Below, one piece after another: positions 23,674-38,135 of a stretch of 64,000 nt of DNA; position 1 is the first letter of the stretch; each line of letters starts with the position of its first letter. A program made the position numbers and the translations under genes. The stretch lies in contig OZ316775.1 in the NCBI GenBank assembly GCA_973851085.1, forward strand, positions 12,090,001 through 12,154,000, given 5' to 3'. The stretch comes from Ptychomitrium polyphyllum. Its lineage: Eukaryota. The notes beneath the pieces are model-generated. The model was not told the DNA's origin. It was given only the letters and a program-made list of their open reading frames with translations, and searched no databases.

Positions 23674-26335
23674 CTGGCATGCATGAAAAGGACGTGGTTT
23701 GAATGATTTCTCTTGTTTTGAGAAGCACCTTTTGCCAGCATTGCCACATTGCCACACGTAGTTCAGTTATTAGTTTTTTCAAGAAGTGCATGCCTATGAA
23801 TCCATGATTTTATTTTTGACAAATTTGGCAAACGAAACTTATTCATTATATTTTTGAGGTTTTGATTTTGTAACATTCTTAGTCTTATCTTTGTGGGGTC
23901 GTTCAAGTATCTTTTATTAAATTAAATTGTATGAATGATTAAAACACCAATCCTGCAAATAAATTCTTTTCGTATAATTTTATATTTGCTAAAAAAATTA
24001 TCACATTGAAGTTTTGATAGTTGTTGAAATAAACTTAAGAATATTTTAGAAAATATTTGAGTCTTCAAGATTGATATATCAAGTACTTATAGGAAATGTT
24101 TACATGTATAAAGTGTTTTGATTTTATAGTCATATCATATGAAGCACATTAAAACTTTATGAGCTATTTTTAAATGGCATTATGGATTTACTTTTCATAT
24201 TCATGTATTCATTATGTAAAATCTCAAATGTCAAAATTTAGTTTTACTCTACTACATTTGTTGTGCAACAATATTTTGTTAAAATGTTGTACAAAATTGA
24301 AAACAAAATTCAATGAAAAATTTAGAAGTAAAATAAATTAATGGTTATTTGATTTGTTTACGTAGTTCAAAAATAAACTTTATAGTTCCTCCTTGATTGT
24401 TTGTTTGGCTTTCCATCCACATATATAAAAAATTTCAATATTATTTTTGTAATTTAATTTATAATTTATAATTTATAATTTATTTATGAAATAAAGTCTT
24501 AACAATCATTAGTTTTAGCTTAATGACATTTGTACAAAAAACTTTGTTACATGCCATTACATCATGTGTTATTTATTGTTATTAGGCCTTTAATTTCTTT
24601 TCTTATAAAAACCACATAATTGTATAAAATTAAAAGATTCCTTAAAGATCAAGGTTTCATTTCATGGCTTTTTAGCTTGTCATAATTTGTGCATAAAGCA
24701 TTCTTTTGAAACATCTAAAACCAATGTTCATAATTAACAACAAAAGGCATGATTGTGCACAAGATGTATAATTTCATTCACCAGAAAAATTATTTATAAT
24801 GTTTTAGAACCTTTTATATAAATTTTCTTATAAAAATCTCAAAAAGTGATTGTCAATTAAGACGTAATATACGATTTTGTTTTCTAATCTTATAATTTTC
24901 AAACTATACAAGAGATTTTGACTAAGAATTAGAATTTTCATATTTTCATTTAGAATTATGTTATATATTTTATACCAAATAATACTAAAGTAAACTGTAA
25001 AGTCTTTGAATTTTTTGATAGATTGCCAAAGAAGAATAGGTATTAAAAAAATGTATATTTTGCTTAATTTAGTTTCAAGAAACACCACAAAACATTAAAA
25101 TAATAAAAAAAGAAGTGACAAAATTAATATGTCACTATGTCATTTGGATTTAAAGGAACTAAGGTACTGTAAAGAAGTTTTTCAACTACTTTATTTTTAC
25201 TTTACTTTTTACGTTTAATTTTACTTATTATATTTTAAATGTATCCAAATAGATGGTACAACAACACTTGCATGGAGGGAGTTTCATGAGGAAGACGACA
25301 AGTTACGAAAAATTAGAAGTGAGTGTCTCACCAACGACATTCTGCCGCATTCGCAACACAAATTGCAAGCCTTACATCTCAAACAATGACATCATCTATC
25401 ACCAGAGACAATTAGATCTTCTAAAATATACATGCGGCGTAGATGATGTTGGTTCAGGGTTTAGAGGCCCCTATATTACGTTCAGTCGTTATTTCGGCAT
25501 TCCATGAAGGACATCCCCACAAACGATACCCTTACCTACTACGGACGCCCTTATCGGGTGAAGACGATACCTTTCCTTCCTATTGACACCCTGCGTTAAG
25601 TGACACCCCATGCGGAGGCTATACCATTCGCTGCTATCGGTACCATTAACTGAAGTTGACATCCGCCAATTCGACTGATTCCGATGACATATCTAACCAA
25701 ACCAATATCTCATGGAAGAGCAGGTATCAACTGCTACGAGCTAAGCAGGTTTGGGAAGGAGTCAAGTTTGACGACCTCTACCTCACCCAGTATATTCCTA
25801 GTTTCAAGTGTATCACCTAGTTACTGGCTGGGTAAGGTACTCCTGCGCTCCTGGATGGCGAGGGTCGAACTCCCTCTCACTTGTGTAACGCCCGAGTATG
25901 CCGAATGCTCCAAACAAATACCACGATAGTATCACATCAGTATCACATATGTATCCCACTAATATCACCTAAGTATTGTCTGGAGAAGGGGACTTGTGCG
26001 CTCGTGCCATGCTAGGCATGAGGAACTCGGCCGCTGTGTCGGGGTTTGAGTGATTTTGTCTCGCGAAGTTGCTGGCAAGAGCGAGCGTCACAGGCGCATC
26101 GAAATCAGCACAGAGGGAAGGCAATCGTTACTTGCGATCCAGGGCCATCCGTGCTGGAGCTGGCTCTTGCTTCTGTCCGAAATCGCACTTGCGTTATTCA
26201 GTAGAACAATCCCACTTGGGTTTTCGCAACGAGGGCTTTTCCTTCTGCGAGTGATTTGGGACCCGGGGTCATGCAGGATTCGTTGCGTTAGGGTTGGTTG
26301 CGCAAGTGATCGAGGAGGAGACGGGGTCATCAGCA

Positions 26336-29300
26336 ATGTGGAGCAGGTTTGAGAAATTGAAGGACAACATCACGCAGATTGCCTCCGATGTGTTGATTGA
26401 CAATCAGGACGAGGAGCTTGATGGGGAGGGCGCGTTCGAGAATGAGGGCCACTACAATGGAAGCCTGCAGGCTCTGCATCTGCGCGACAGCGATGGCGAG
26501 GATGCGTTTCTAGAGGGAAATCCCAGCGAGGTACCGTAACCTACTTGGTTCTTCGTTCGTTTGCGGTTTCCGGTTTTGGGGGTTAAATTTGAAGGCGGGT
26601 TTTCTTTCCTCTTTCACTTGCGGATGCAGCTTTTTTGGCGTGAATGGTTTGGTGTGTGGGTGGTCAAGGGATAGCATTGGTGATTTTGTTACCACAGTAC
26701 TGGATCTGGGATTACGTTTGTGCCCTTTTTGGAGGTTTTTTGTTGAGCTTGATGGCGAAGTATTTGTGACCTAAAAGCAATAGCACAGTGAACGATCTCT
26801 ACCAGCAGTTTAAGCAGATTTTTATCTGATGTGGTTTTCGTTTGGGTGCAGCTGGAGTATTACAAAGAGAAAGGAGAGCAACGAGAGAGCGATGTGGAAG
26901 CGGCGATGGCGAAGTACGCTGGTCTTCTGGAAGAGAAAGAGGTATGCTGTTTAATGTGCAGTTGTTGCTGGTAATTTGGCTCATGGATTTCTGTCTCAGT
27001 TGTTTTGTAAGTAGAAGTTCATATTTACCATGGTTATTCAGTTGCGTGAGTGCCAATCGTGGGCGTTATTTTAAAAGGAAGAATGTGTTATGTTATCTCC
27101 TCCTTCTCTCTTTGAATGGGTATTTCTTGAAGCAAGTATCGCAATATCCAACTCTGGCAAGCACTCTTCATCGAACTCAGGCACCTGCAGTTAATAGCCA
27201 GACTTGGGGTTAGTGGATCTGCATTTGTAATGATACAATCTCTCCATTAGGCACTTGTAGAAATTTCCTTACTCTGCAGAAGCTACGAGCTTAGTTTCAG
27301 AACACTGTACGAGTTTTGCAGTACCACCACTTCAACCTTTTTCCTTTGATGTTGTCAGACAGAGGTTTCAATCTTGCGGGAAGAAAACAGGTTGCTGAAG
27401 GAACAATTTTTGATCAACTCCACGAAGCTGGATGCCTTGTTAAACGACCGGAACAGAAAGGTGATTCCTCTAACTTGAATCTCCAGCATTTAGCATGGTT
27501 CTGAGTTTCCGCAGCAAGGGTTAGATGGTCCGGTTGCTGCTGACGTTCTTTGACTTGTTACTTGTGAAGGTTTCGAGTGATTTGGACACTGTTATCTGGC
27601 TTGATTGTTATCCGAATAAGCCACTGGAGTCCTGACTATCCAGGTTGTGTCATCCAGGATGATCCTTCGCCCTCAAGTTATCTGCAGGGCGATCAACGGT
27701 CCATTCAAGAAAATGTATGGGTGTATATATCGATCCATGATGTTTTGATTTGGTTGTTTTGGTTATGAAGGGAGCTCCAGCTTCCATCGTCATGTTTCAT
27801 CTCAGATACTCTGGAAGTTGTCTTACTCTTTTACAAGAGTTATGTGCCACTATCTTCAGAAGTAATACCACTATCAATATTTCACATGCTTAGGACATTC
27901 TTCATTTTCAAAGAAAGCAGGGCCTTCACTACTGCAAATACTCTTGGTTTTCTAACCTATTAAACTGAAGGGATGGTCGCTTGATTGTCATGACCTCCCT
28001 GAAAGATTGTTCCGGGTTCCAATTTATTAACAGAAAACTTAGAATCGCAGGGTGGATAAGGTTGAGTTACTAACTTAAAGCCAGGACACGCAGGGGAAGG
28101 CGAATGGACATGTGGAGCAGCTTGAGGGAGACGAAGCATTGGTTGAAAAAGCAGTCATAGAGCCTGAAAGTAGGTGATCAGGAAGACAAGCTCATCATGC
28201 TACGTAGCAAACTAGGAATTCTCTGAATGGTGTGAAGATGAGTTTATTTGGCACTTCTATTCGCCAATCTTTTTAATGGATTATTTGGTGCTTATTTGTT
28301 TGTTCCTCAATTGTGTGCACTGTAAGAAAACGATGTTAACCTCCTGCACTAATTGCTGGCCATGACTGAGAGTTCCCTGCTTCCTTTGTTACTGGTTTTG
28401 CCCATTTTTTTACAGTATACAAGCTCCAGCTCAAGTATTATGCCTTAGTGGTTGCTCTTGCACTTGCCATCTGCAGAGGTTTTGGGAGATTATAACATCG
28501 CTACCAACGGTTTTGACACTCCAGAGACCACAAAGCTCGAACTCAGCTCGCTAAATGGCAAGGTAAGTTATGATTCTATAGTTGGCAAATTATTGGTCGA
28601 AATGAGTTTCAGATCTTTCAGGTTTAAAGGGTAGGTTGAGAGTTTAACATATTGGTTAAGGTTGATTATGAACTATATAGGTTAGTTATGAACTATCGCA
28701 CTTTGACGTTGTCAATTAGTCATACTGGCATTGAGGTCTAGTGGTGGTCTTGTCATCATTCGTATTGGGACCAATTTAATTCAAGCAGGAGGTTCTTGTA
28801 CACAATTCAGCCTTTCTGATTTGCAAGATGCAAATGCAGGCAGCCCATGGACTAGAGGAATTAGTGCCGATTCTTTCTGAGGCGGAAGTCAATGAAAGCG
28901 ACTATACAGTCAAGGAATCACATGAAGGTTATTCTGTCGAAGAATCACAGGCATCAAGAGCAGAAGATGAACAGGTAGTTGTTGCAAGTGGTTGACATGT
29001 TTAGGTTTGTTTCATTTATTGCACCTCGTTTTTATACATTGATCTGCACGCAGGTTGATGCTACAAACTTGCTTAGGATAATTCTTTTGTGTGTGTGTGT
29101 GACTCTAATGTACTTGAGTTCAGGTCCTATCATCTAAATTTTGTCGGCTTCTGATAGTCACGGTTGTCATGTGTATTGCTTGTGCTTTATTTAATTTCTA
29201 TTCCAGGTGAGATTCTTGTCTGAGCGTTTGGGAGCTTCAGAGGATGTTTGCTGCTCATTGCAAACAAAACTTGAAGCCGTGTCACTTGAGCGAGACTCAC

Positions 29301-31935
29301 TTTCAAAAAGACTGGAGGAGGTGTTGCTGGAGCCTGAGACACTTTCAAAGAAGATGAAAGAGGTTCTGCTGGAGCGAGATACACTTTCAAATCGACTGGG
29401 GGACGTTTTACAAGAGCCTGAAACACTTTCAAAGAAAATGGAAGAGGTTCTACAAGAGCGAGACTCGCTTTTAAAGAAGGTGGAAGAGGTGTATTTTGAA
29501 CGAGACAAAGCAGTTCAGAATCTGGGACGATTAAGACAGAATCTTCTGGATATGGTACACATCTTCTGCTTGAAATTATCTCAATCGAGTGTGTTCAGAG
29601 CTGGTTCATCGCTACTTGTAAGCAGTTCTAAAACGGATTCTATGAGATGAAGTTCATAGCATTTAGCGCATAGAACTTGAAGTTTATAGCATTTGAATAC
29701 TGTGCTATTGGGTTATATGCATTGATTGTGATGCACTTTGAATCAACTGCTATTTCTGATGCGCATGATATGGTCTGTCAGGAATCGACAACCTCAGAGA
29801 AGATGGATAACGACAGTGTTCTTATTGGAGATCTTGAATTACGGCTGACGACTGCTGAAGATCTTGTTGGGCAATTACAGCAAGCTCTAGCCAAATCTCA
29901 AGACGATTTGGCGCAGGCGAATAGGACCAATGATTTGAAGTCAATGGATACCAACGAAGAAATACAGCTTTTAAAACAAAGACTTCAAGCTTGTTCTGAG
30001 GCTTTAGAATCCAAAGACATGGAGCTTGCAAATCTTCAAAGCGCTCTTGGACAATATTATGCAGAGAGTGACACACAAGTAAGTATTTATATGTCGTCAT
30101 ATTAAAAAATCTGCAACAAGTCATTTCGAGCATTAAGACTCAGAAGTGATAGGTTATCTAATTTAGTTGATGCTCACTCCTTTCATCCACATCTTATTTC
30201 AGCTGTGTCCAAGTTTTCTAATATTCGTTTAAATGATACAGGAACGTCTGGAATCAGAGCTTCGTGCAGTCAGGGAATTGAATGCCAGGTTAACAAGAGA
30301 TCTGAAGGTAGGTTTCTGTAACAAGTTGACTTAGGAGTTTCGTTCTATGGCTACTCTAGGTTTATAATCATGCTAACCAAAGTTCTATCTTAACATCTAT
30401 CAAACTTCTTTTGAATGCTATGGTCGTTTGGGTGGTCAGGCACGCCAGAATCATGGTCTGAAGGCTATGGATAGGTTCTAACTTTTTTTCATTCCTAGCT
30501 ACGGCTACATGTATTTGTGTCGTATGCTAGTGCTTACATGGTGGTGTGCATTTGGACAGCAGATTGCAGAAGAGACTATTGATTTGAAATCCAAGGAATT
30601 GGAAACAGTCACAAAGAAATTAGGTAGTGCTGATTCACTTAATGAGGAGCTCAAGCATACTATGCACAAACTGCAGCAAGAAGTGCTAAAACTCCGTGCC
30701 GCACTGGAGCAATCTATGACCAGCCTCAATCGCATGTCATCTGACTCAGACTTTTATGTCGATAGGTACGGTTCCCGATATGCTTTCATGATTTCATGAT
30801 CTTCATGAATTTCAACAATGTCAATGGCTTCTACTCAGTTGTTACTCTGAATTAGATTGTATGCTTGCGTATTTTGTTGTATACTTGATCTTGAATATTC
30901 ATCGGATTAAATGAAAGTATGCTTACTTTGTCTGTGTAGGCGGATCGTTATCAAACTGTTGGTGACTTATTTTCAAAGACATCATAGCAGAGAGGTTTGA
31001 ACTTTACTTGCACTCTAAATTACTGCACTTTTTTCCCATGTTTGTTATGAAAGAAATCGCTTCATATCAGAAATATATCGTTTGTGGTTACACCTCATCA
31101 ACAGCACTGGTTTTTGATCACCTTCTGCAAGGCTATGTTTAATACTAGACCTATTGTTCTGTAGGTACTGGATCTTATGGTACGGATGCTTGGATTCTCG
31201 GAAGAAGAAAAAAGACGTGTTGGGATGGCGCAACAAAATGCTAGAGGTGGTGGAATGGTTCGCAGTGTATTTGGTGTACCAGGTCGTATTGTTGGAGGTA
31301 TTCTCGGTAGTTCAGATTCAGAAACTTCTCCTCGAGCTGCTCCTGCTGATAATCAGGTATGTTGTTTCCTCTTTTCAGTAAATCGTCTAGTGAATGCTTC
31401 AATATTAACAACTTTCCGGAATTTTTTTCTTGGGAGTAAGGTTGAGGTGTACCTACTTCGACCACTTTAACTTGGGATTCGTTTTCTATGATTTATCCAG
31501 AATCACACACCTCAATGCACTTTGAAATAAACACCATTCATAGATCGGTGTTGTTCTTTGGTGCTTCCTTAAAATGGTAAAGACAATCACTTTTGGAAGA
31601 CAATCGTTAGCATTAGAAAGAACTTTTATATTAAGTCTAACAAGAATGTATCGGTTCAACAGTCTTTCGCAGATATGTGGATTGATTTTCTGCTCAAGGA
31701 GTCGCAAGAAAGGGAGAGACGAGAGAGGGGAGAAGCTCCCCCAATGTCACCAATGGCTAACTTGACACGGTCAATGCCGTCATCCCCCTCTGGTGGTCAT
31801 CACCATAAACCTAGCAGTAGTTTCTCTGGTTTTCCTTCTTCTGTCCTTCTTCCTCCAAAGCCCAGTAGAATTTCGTCTTCAACTGACTTGGAAACCATCT
31901 TGACTGGAGAGACTCGTGAGGATGCTTCATCTTAG
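26336..31935 (+). CDS. Golgin candidate 3/4-like coiled-coil protein with C-terminal GRAB domain
   Basis: N-terminus MWSRFEKLKDNITQIASDV. Exons 26336-26530, 26852-26941, 27359-27460, ~27658-27714 (uncertain), 28085-28169, 28477-28562, 28840-28974, 29207-29554, 29782-30078, 30242-30307, 30560/3-30765, 30940-30994, 31165-31356, 31663-31935. Motifs LANLQSALGQYYAE, VDRRIVIKLLVTYFQR..EVLDLMVRMLGFSEEEKRRVG and SFADMWIDFLLKE. Confidence 0.88.
29279..29510 (+). repeat. Coding 42-bp (14-aa) tandem repeat, ~5.5 copies, within a golgin exon
   Basis: VSLERDSLSKRLEE / VLLEPETLSKKMKE / VLLERDTLSNRLGD / VLQEPETLSKKMEE / VLQERDSLLKKVEE / VYFERDK. Confidence 0.9.
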
Positions 31936-34900
31936 TATTTATAATTAGAATGTTTATATCTTTCTTTTTTCCTTTTCCGGTTGGAATGAACTCAAAGGTC
32001 TGTTACATAGGTAGATTATGATTAGGTGTTATATTACACATGCGCATTCTTTGGTACCAAAATTTGGTTCATGCACTTCAGTTCTTTGTAAGAGCAGTTA
32101 GAGATCATCCACAACCTTGAGGTTAGTATGGTCTAGATATTTAGAAGATCTTTAGCCCTGTTCTGTGCAGCGTTCCAAGTGAGGTCACTTCTCAAGTGAA
32201 TAAAGCGTTACAAAAGCATCCTCTTTAAACATTTTGGAAGTCTAGCATACTGTTGACTTCCTAATCCTATGTCATTTGTGCCTGTGCAGGTGACAGCCAT
32301 AATCAGGATCTTGTCAAGAAGAATTAATGTTAATGGAACCAAGAATGTGAACATACCATTTGAAATTTGCTGCAATTATCTTGCCATCGATAGGATGTAG
32401 ATACAATGCAGGAGTTGTCGCTGTTTGTAGAAAACATTATTATTTACTGGTCCTCCTTATCACTGTAAGTTATTATGGCTCGTAAATGTGCTGAACAATT
32501 GTTTTCGGCCTAATCCGTTGTGTGTTAAGTTATGTAAGTGGATTTTCGAGCAGAGTACAAGGTTCGAAACAAGGTACTGCATTCATCTGGTGATGTTGAG
32601 TACAAGTTATTCTTTACAATACACTTTGTGAATCTGATTGAAACATATGGATCTGTTTGTGTAGGCTGACTAATATCACAGTTAGTGGACAAAGTGCTAA
32701 TTTTCTTACTGTGCATCTCATTTGTTAACTCTTAAAGGTTACTATCCATCCTCCGATTTGAAGATTTTCAAAGTATCATCAAAACTTGTAGTGTAAGGGA
32801 CTAATTGAAGTTGTTGTTTGAATTTTTTTAATTTCTAATCAAACTTCCAAGGGATGTTGAATTTTGAGCTTTAATATTCATAATAAAACATTGATGATAT
32901 CTGCAGTATTCACTCACAATTTTTAATTGGACTTTATTGCAACAAGTTTGAAATATGTAACCTTCAATATTATGAAGCTTTAAATAGTTTCTATTGATAA
33001 CAGTTTCCACATGATTATATCCATGTCCTATCCAATCTAATGATGCATTCCAATGATGCATTTATAAGATTGGATGAAGCATGAAACATAAAAGCAATGA
33101 TTGATATACTTATGTTTGAAAATGAATGAAATACATCATTGTATTTGCATTTCACACTATGGTTCATTCAAATATGATTTCTATCAAAAGTTGCAATTTT
33201 TGTTATTTCCATTATTTTAAGTCATACAAATAAAAAACTGTAATACCAAAACAAAGTTTCAATAACAATAATTAAGAGCCCACACAATAATTATGATAGA
33301 ATAGGTATAATGTAAATAACACTAATATTTTTGAATCCAAACTAGTGTTTTGACATCAATATTTTCAAGTTCAGATGGTTAAAGAACTGATTTCCCTATC
33401 TTTAAAAAAAGAATCTTACAAATTTTTTTTCACTCTTTCTACCTTGGTAATGTTCTTCAAATCTTTAAACAAAATCTAAACAAACCACTCTGCAAAACCT
33501 ACAACACATCAAGTTCCTCGTAGTTCAAGTTTCAAAAAGCAGCAAAAAAGTAACTAAAGTCAAACTCAAGAAAGCTCAGCTGCTCAAGAAGGTGAGTCAA
33601 ACCTGACTCCCCGACATAGTCCGCTGACGTAGGTGGCGTATATCAAAACCCGTTAACGCACCCGTAACCAACTTTATCCACTGAAGGCATAGATTATGTT
33701 GTTTCTGTGCACATTAATGGTTTATCACAAAATCTGAACCGACATTATCTACACTTTCATTGGACTTCTTAATAGAAAAGTGTAAGCATGCTTTAGATGA
33801 CGATGGTTCTGGGTTTAGAGACGGATTTTTGTACAGAGTACATCTTTTCACGAACTAAACGAACAGTGTGACGCCCACGGAATATAGAGCGCGCGAGGAG
33901 GCAGCCTTCCAGGAAGGGAGAGAAATCAACCGAAAATAAGGATTTATCTTGACATGTACACGTTCGGAACACCCAATCTGTCCTGCACGCCTTTGGTCAC
34001 CTTCATGCTCCCCGGCGAGCGTTTCCCCCTCTTTGTCTCTCTGATTTCCCATTCAATCCGACGCCGCGCCTCGATTTTGTTGCTCTTTTGTCACCTCGTC
34101 GGGAGTTTTACTGCCGCGACTGCATTCCTCTCGAGTAGCGCTTTCTTTCGACACCCGAGACGTCTCTTAGGGTTTCGTACCGAGAACGTTTCGGTCCTTT
34201 CTCTGGACGTCCCGACTGAGCTTGGAGAGCGGGCGTTTCCGCTTCGCGGAAGAGCTTCGGGGAGGTGCGGGGAGGTCACTTGATCTATCTGCGTTGCGGC
34301 GGTTGGAGGTGGTGGTTGTTAGGTAAGTGCGCACTGATTGAGGTTATTTTTATCGGTAGCCCTAGGTGTTTGCGTTATTTGAGGTTAGGAGAGGAGCGGA
34401 GAGTGGAGAGCGGAGGTGAGAGTGTTTGTTAGGAGTTTGAGTGTGCTGGCCGGTCAGGTTCGTGGTTTCGTTAGAGGTTTTTGTGGCAGGAAGAGATCAG
34501 TCTTGGTGAGGTTTGGTTCTGAGGTTTATGCAGTTCAAGAAGAGTAGAGAGGTATTTCTGGTTGTATTTTGGAGAGTTGCGGAGTTATCGTTGTTATCTT
34601 GGTCCTGCGTTGAGTGTTTTAAGTGAGCATTTGAGTATAAGGGGGGCGCTGTGTTATGAAGTTGGCGGGAGCTCATAGTGTGTTTATTTTTGTCCTTGTT
34701 CTTTTTCCTCCTCTCTTTCTTTGGTTCTTTTATTTCTTAGAGATTAGGGCTTTGGCATGTGCCAGTGGAGCGAAGAGGTTTTGGAACTATTTTAGATGTA
34801 TCGCAACGTCGCCGTTGTTATTTCGCAGCGTATGTTACAGAGGCGTATGCTTTTGGCTTAGGCTTCGCTGTAATGTACGCTTCGTAATTAATTTGCAAGA

Positions 34901-35277
34901 CGGTTAGGGCAAGTTCATAGGTGACTCTATATAAACTTGGGGAAGAGCCTTTGTTTGACGAGAGGCAAGATTGAAGTACTGCAAAGGCGCACGTGCGATT
35001 TTATGATTATACAAACAACAGTAGATAGTTTGTAGGTTTAGTGTTCTTCGTGTGTCAAGTTGTTCCAATCATTAACGCGCTTAATGGAATGCTTTATTTG
35101 GTGTCTTAAGATGTACTGAGGTGTTACAACAGAAAGTTTTCATTATCTAAGTTCATTTCGAACCTCATATTAACGAGTTTCTGCTGATGCGTGTTGTGTT
35201 AGTGCAGGGAAGGTGTGGGAAAAATACGCTCTGTTTGACGTCGTTGTAACTAGGGAAGGATATCAGAAGCATCAATC

Positions 35278-38135
35278 ATGCTTCAGGTGAGGTTCTTTGT
35301 TTTGCGAAGTCGTTGTTTAGCGCTTTTGTACACTCTGGACAACTGTTGGCAGCTTGTTAAATAGATAAGCTCTTTTTTAACGCATTTAGCTTTTATTGCA
35401 TGTTTTTTTTTTTAGCTTTTGCACACTTCTTTTGTTTGCGTTTCATGTGTCCATTGCCTTGACTGTTGTTTTAACCCGATTTCACAATATATATTGACAG
35501 ACGGACTTTCGTGGCGCGAATGGACCTAAGCGACCTCGCACGGATGGTAATTTGCAGTTATTCTTTTGAATGCATAGTTGACACTCCTATTTATATCCTT
35601 CTATGTCCACTTAAACTGTCTGAATATAATGTTTAAACTCTTCAAAATCTTCATGGATCTGTATTCATAAATATTTCTTTTTGGTTTTTAGTAGTGATAA
35701 GCTGACTTGTCCGTCTGCACAGATTCAGGGGCACGCGGTGAGGGTGATTGGACATGCCCTCAATGTGGTAATGTGAACTTTGCGTTTCGAACCACTTGTA
35801 ATATGCGCAAGTGCGCTACACCAAAACCTACTGATGGCGGTCAGGTAATTCGATACTCGACTAATTACCTTACCGAGACAAAGCTCAATATTACAAACAT
35901 ACAGAATAGTGATTTGGTTTGTTGGTCCGTGATTTCCCCAAAATATACATAATTCTTTGTTCTGACGAAAACGTTGTTTGCATTGAAGAGAGGTGGTGGG
36001 GGTCCTCTTGGGCCTACTGTCTATGACCAGGCCCCGGCACCAATGTACATGGGAGGCCCTGGTGCGCCCTCTCCTCTTTCCCTTGGGCTTCCTTCGAGCT
36101 ATGGAGCTCCCATGCTCATGGCTCAACAACCAACAGTTACAGTACCTTACGATTATGGTGCTTCAATGAACAACCCCCAGTCTTATCAACAGATTCCCAG
36201 GCCGACAAGCTATGCACCTCCAGGAACTGTACTTGGTGGAGGTGTGCAACATTTCCTTATCTTATTGTTGTACATGTTCCTGGTGTATGTAGGGTGTTTA
36301 AATGTCATGGTTGGTGGTTGCAGATGCACTTACCTACAGCATTGCGTCCTTATTTTATAACCTCTTACATAAGTGCTCACTTTTTCAATCATTGTTATTA
36401 TTTTAGCCAGAAGTCGGTGCAGTGTTGAACTTATAAGTAATTGGTATTATCAATGTACAATCAATGACATTGGGAATATCAGTGCAATTTGCAGGCCCAG
36501 CATATGGCGGTCAGCCTGTTATGGATGCTTATGGAATGAATCTTGGGATGAACATGGGTCCTCCGGTATATTTCTAGGCTTGCCTGGAGTTTTTTTTATC
36601 AGATTTTACAAATATTTAATGATTTGATTATACGGTATTCAAGATGTATAGAAAGACTTGTTACAGTAGAGTTGGTTTCAGAATACTCTGTTTCTTTTCT
36701 ACTTGAAGTTACTTCTTTTGGAAACTTGGTACCAACTTGTGCTTCTGTAGCCAATGGATGCAATGCAGATTCCTCCACCTAGAGCACCAGGAAATTATGG
36801 AGAGGAAAATGGATCACGCAAGCGGAGAGGAGGTATGGTGGTTTTGAAATTCTATTAGCTTGCGCAACTTAAAGTTTTATGTATTAGAGGCTCTCATGAT
36901 GATGTTTAGTAATAGTAGCTGTCGTGATGTTGTTTTCAATAGTATATGATATTGTTGTTTGTACTGTGATTTGTAAGCTTCATATACTTTTTTCCTTCTC
37001 TTCCGAAAATACTTAAGTTCTAATGTTTAACTTTCTATTGGTTCTGCAATCAGGTCCAGATGGGTTATCAGAGGGTGATTGGGTGTGTCCGAAGTGTGGT
37101 AACACGAACTTTGCATTCCGTACTACTTGCAACATGCGGAAATGTGGTGCTACAAAACCAACTGAGAACGTATGTTTCTTTTCTCTTCTGATGAGGCCGT
37201 TTTGCCTAATACGGATTTTTTCCCCTGTGATCTGATTTAACACTATCAGACACAGGGACAAGTATTTTTGTGGTTTTCTATCAGTATATGTTCTGTCTAA
37301 GCTTATTGCAAGCTAAGATATGTTGATCAATTTTCTTTTTGCAGAGTCGCTTCAATAATGCTCCTCCTCCAAGAGCACCACCTGTTACTCGTAAGTGTCA
37401 GCCTCTTCGGTTTTCATAAATTCTCATCTCTATGTGCTTATGCAGTTCACATGGACGTATGATATAATCTTGTTGTGTGGATTCCTTTGTGCTCTCTGCT
37501 CATACTTGTGGGAGACTATGCAGAGGGACCCCCTCCGGATGGGAGCTGGACCTGTGAAGCATGTGGTAATGTGAATTACCCATTCCGTGTGAAGTGCAAT
37601 AGACGAAATTGTGGTGCAGACAAACCAACCGAATCAAAAGCTCCGCCAGTATCTAGCCCTCCACCACCAACAACTGACCAGGTTTGTGATGTTAATGTCT
37701 GTATGTTATTGCAGGTAAAGTGTTTGTTACATCTCGTCTGTTTTCTGCTATTAAGCTTGGTGTTCTCCTTAAGGTCTGATTGCACTTTGAAGGCCTGAGA
37801 TGGAGAACATGGGTACATTTACTTTGGACTTGTTTGCTTTTAGAATGTGGGTGTCTTTAGTTGTCATCTATTTCTTTTATCCTTATTTACATCTCAGGGA
37901 TGATAAACATGTCTGCCTGTATAGCTGTCTTTGGGTCTTTGGCAAATTTTTTGAGTATTGTTCTCCATGTAGTATGTTTTCTGATGCTAACTTGATGCAG
38001 AAACGTTATGGTAGTTGTTTGTACCTGATGGCAGTAAGAGTTTCCTACTTATTGCTTTCTAACAATGTCTTTATTATTATTATTATGATGTTTGTATGGT
38101 TATTGATTATGTTCCGTCTGGCACTGTTCCAGTGA
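35278..38135 (+). CDS. RanBP2-type zinc-finger protein with three fingers (At1g67325-like RNA-binding protein)
   Basis: Exons 35278-35286, 35501-35546, 35723-35844, 35989-36241, 36495-36564, 36751-36832, 37054-37169, 37345-37390, 37524-37681, 38133-38135(TGA). Three W-x-C-x2-C-x3-N-x6-C-x4-C fingers (GDWTCPQCGNVNF, GDWVCPKCGNTNF, GSWTCEACGNVNY). A 5'UTR intron appears to start at ~34323 (AG|GTAAGT). Confidence 0.88.

Noticed and set aside
29088..29101. (TG)n microsatellite; also (GAT)n near 42978
   Set aside because: Ordinary short simple repeats.
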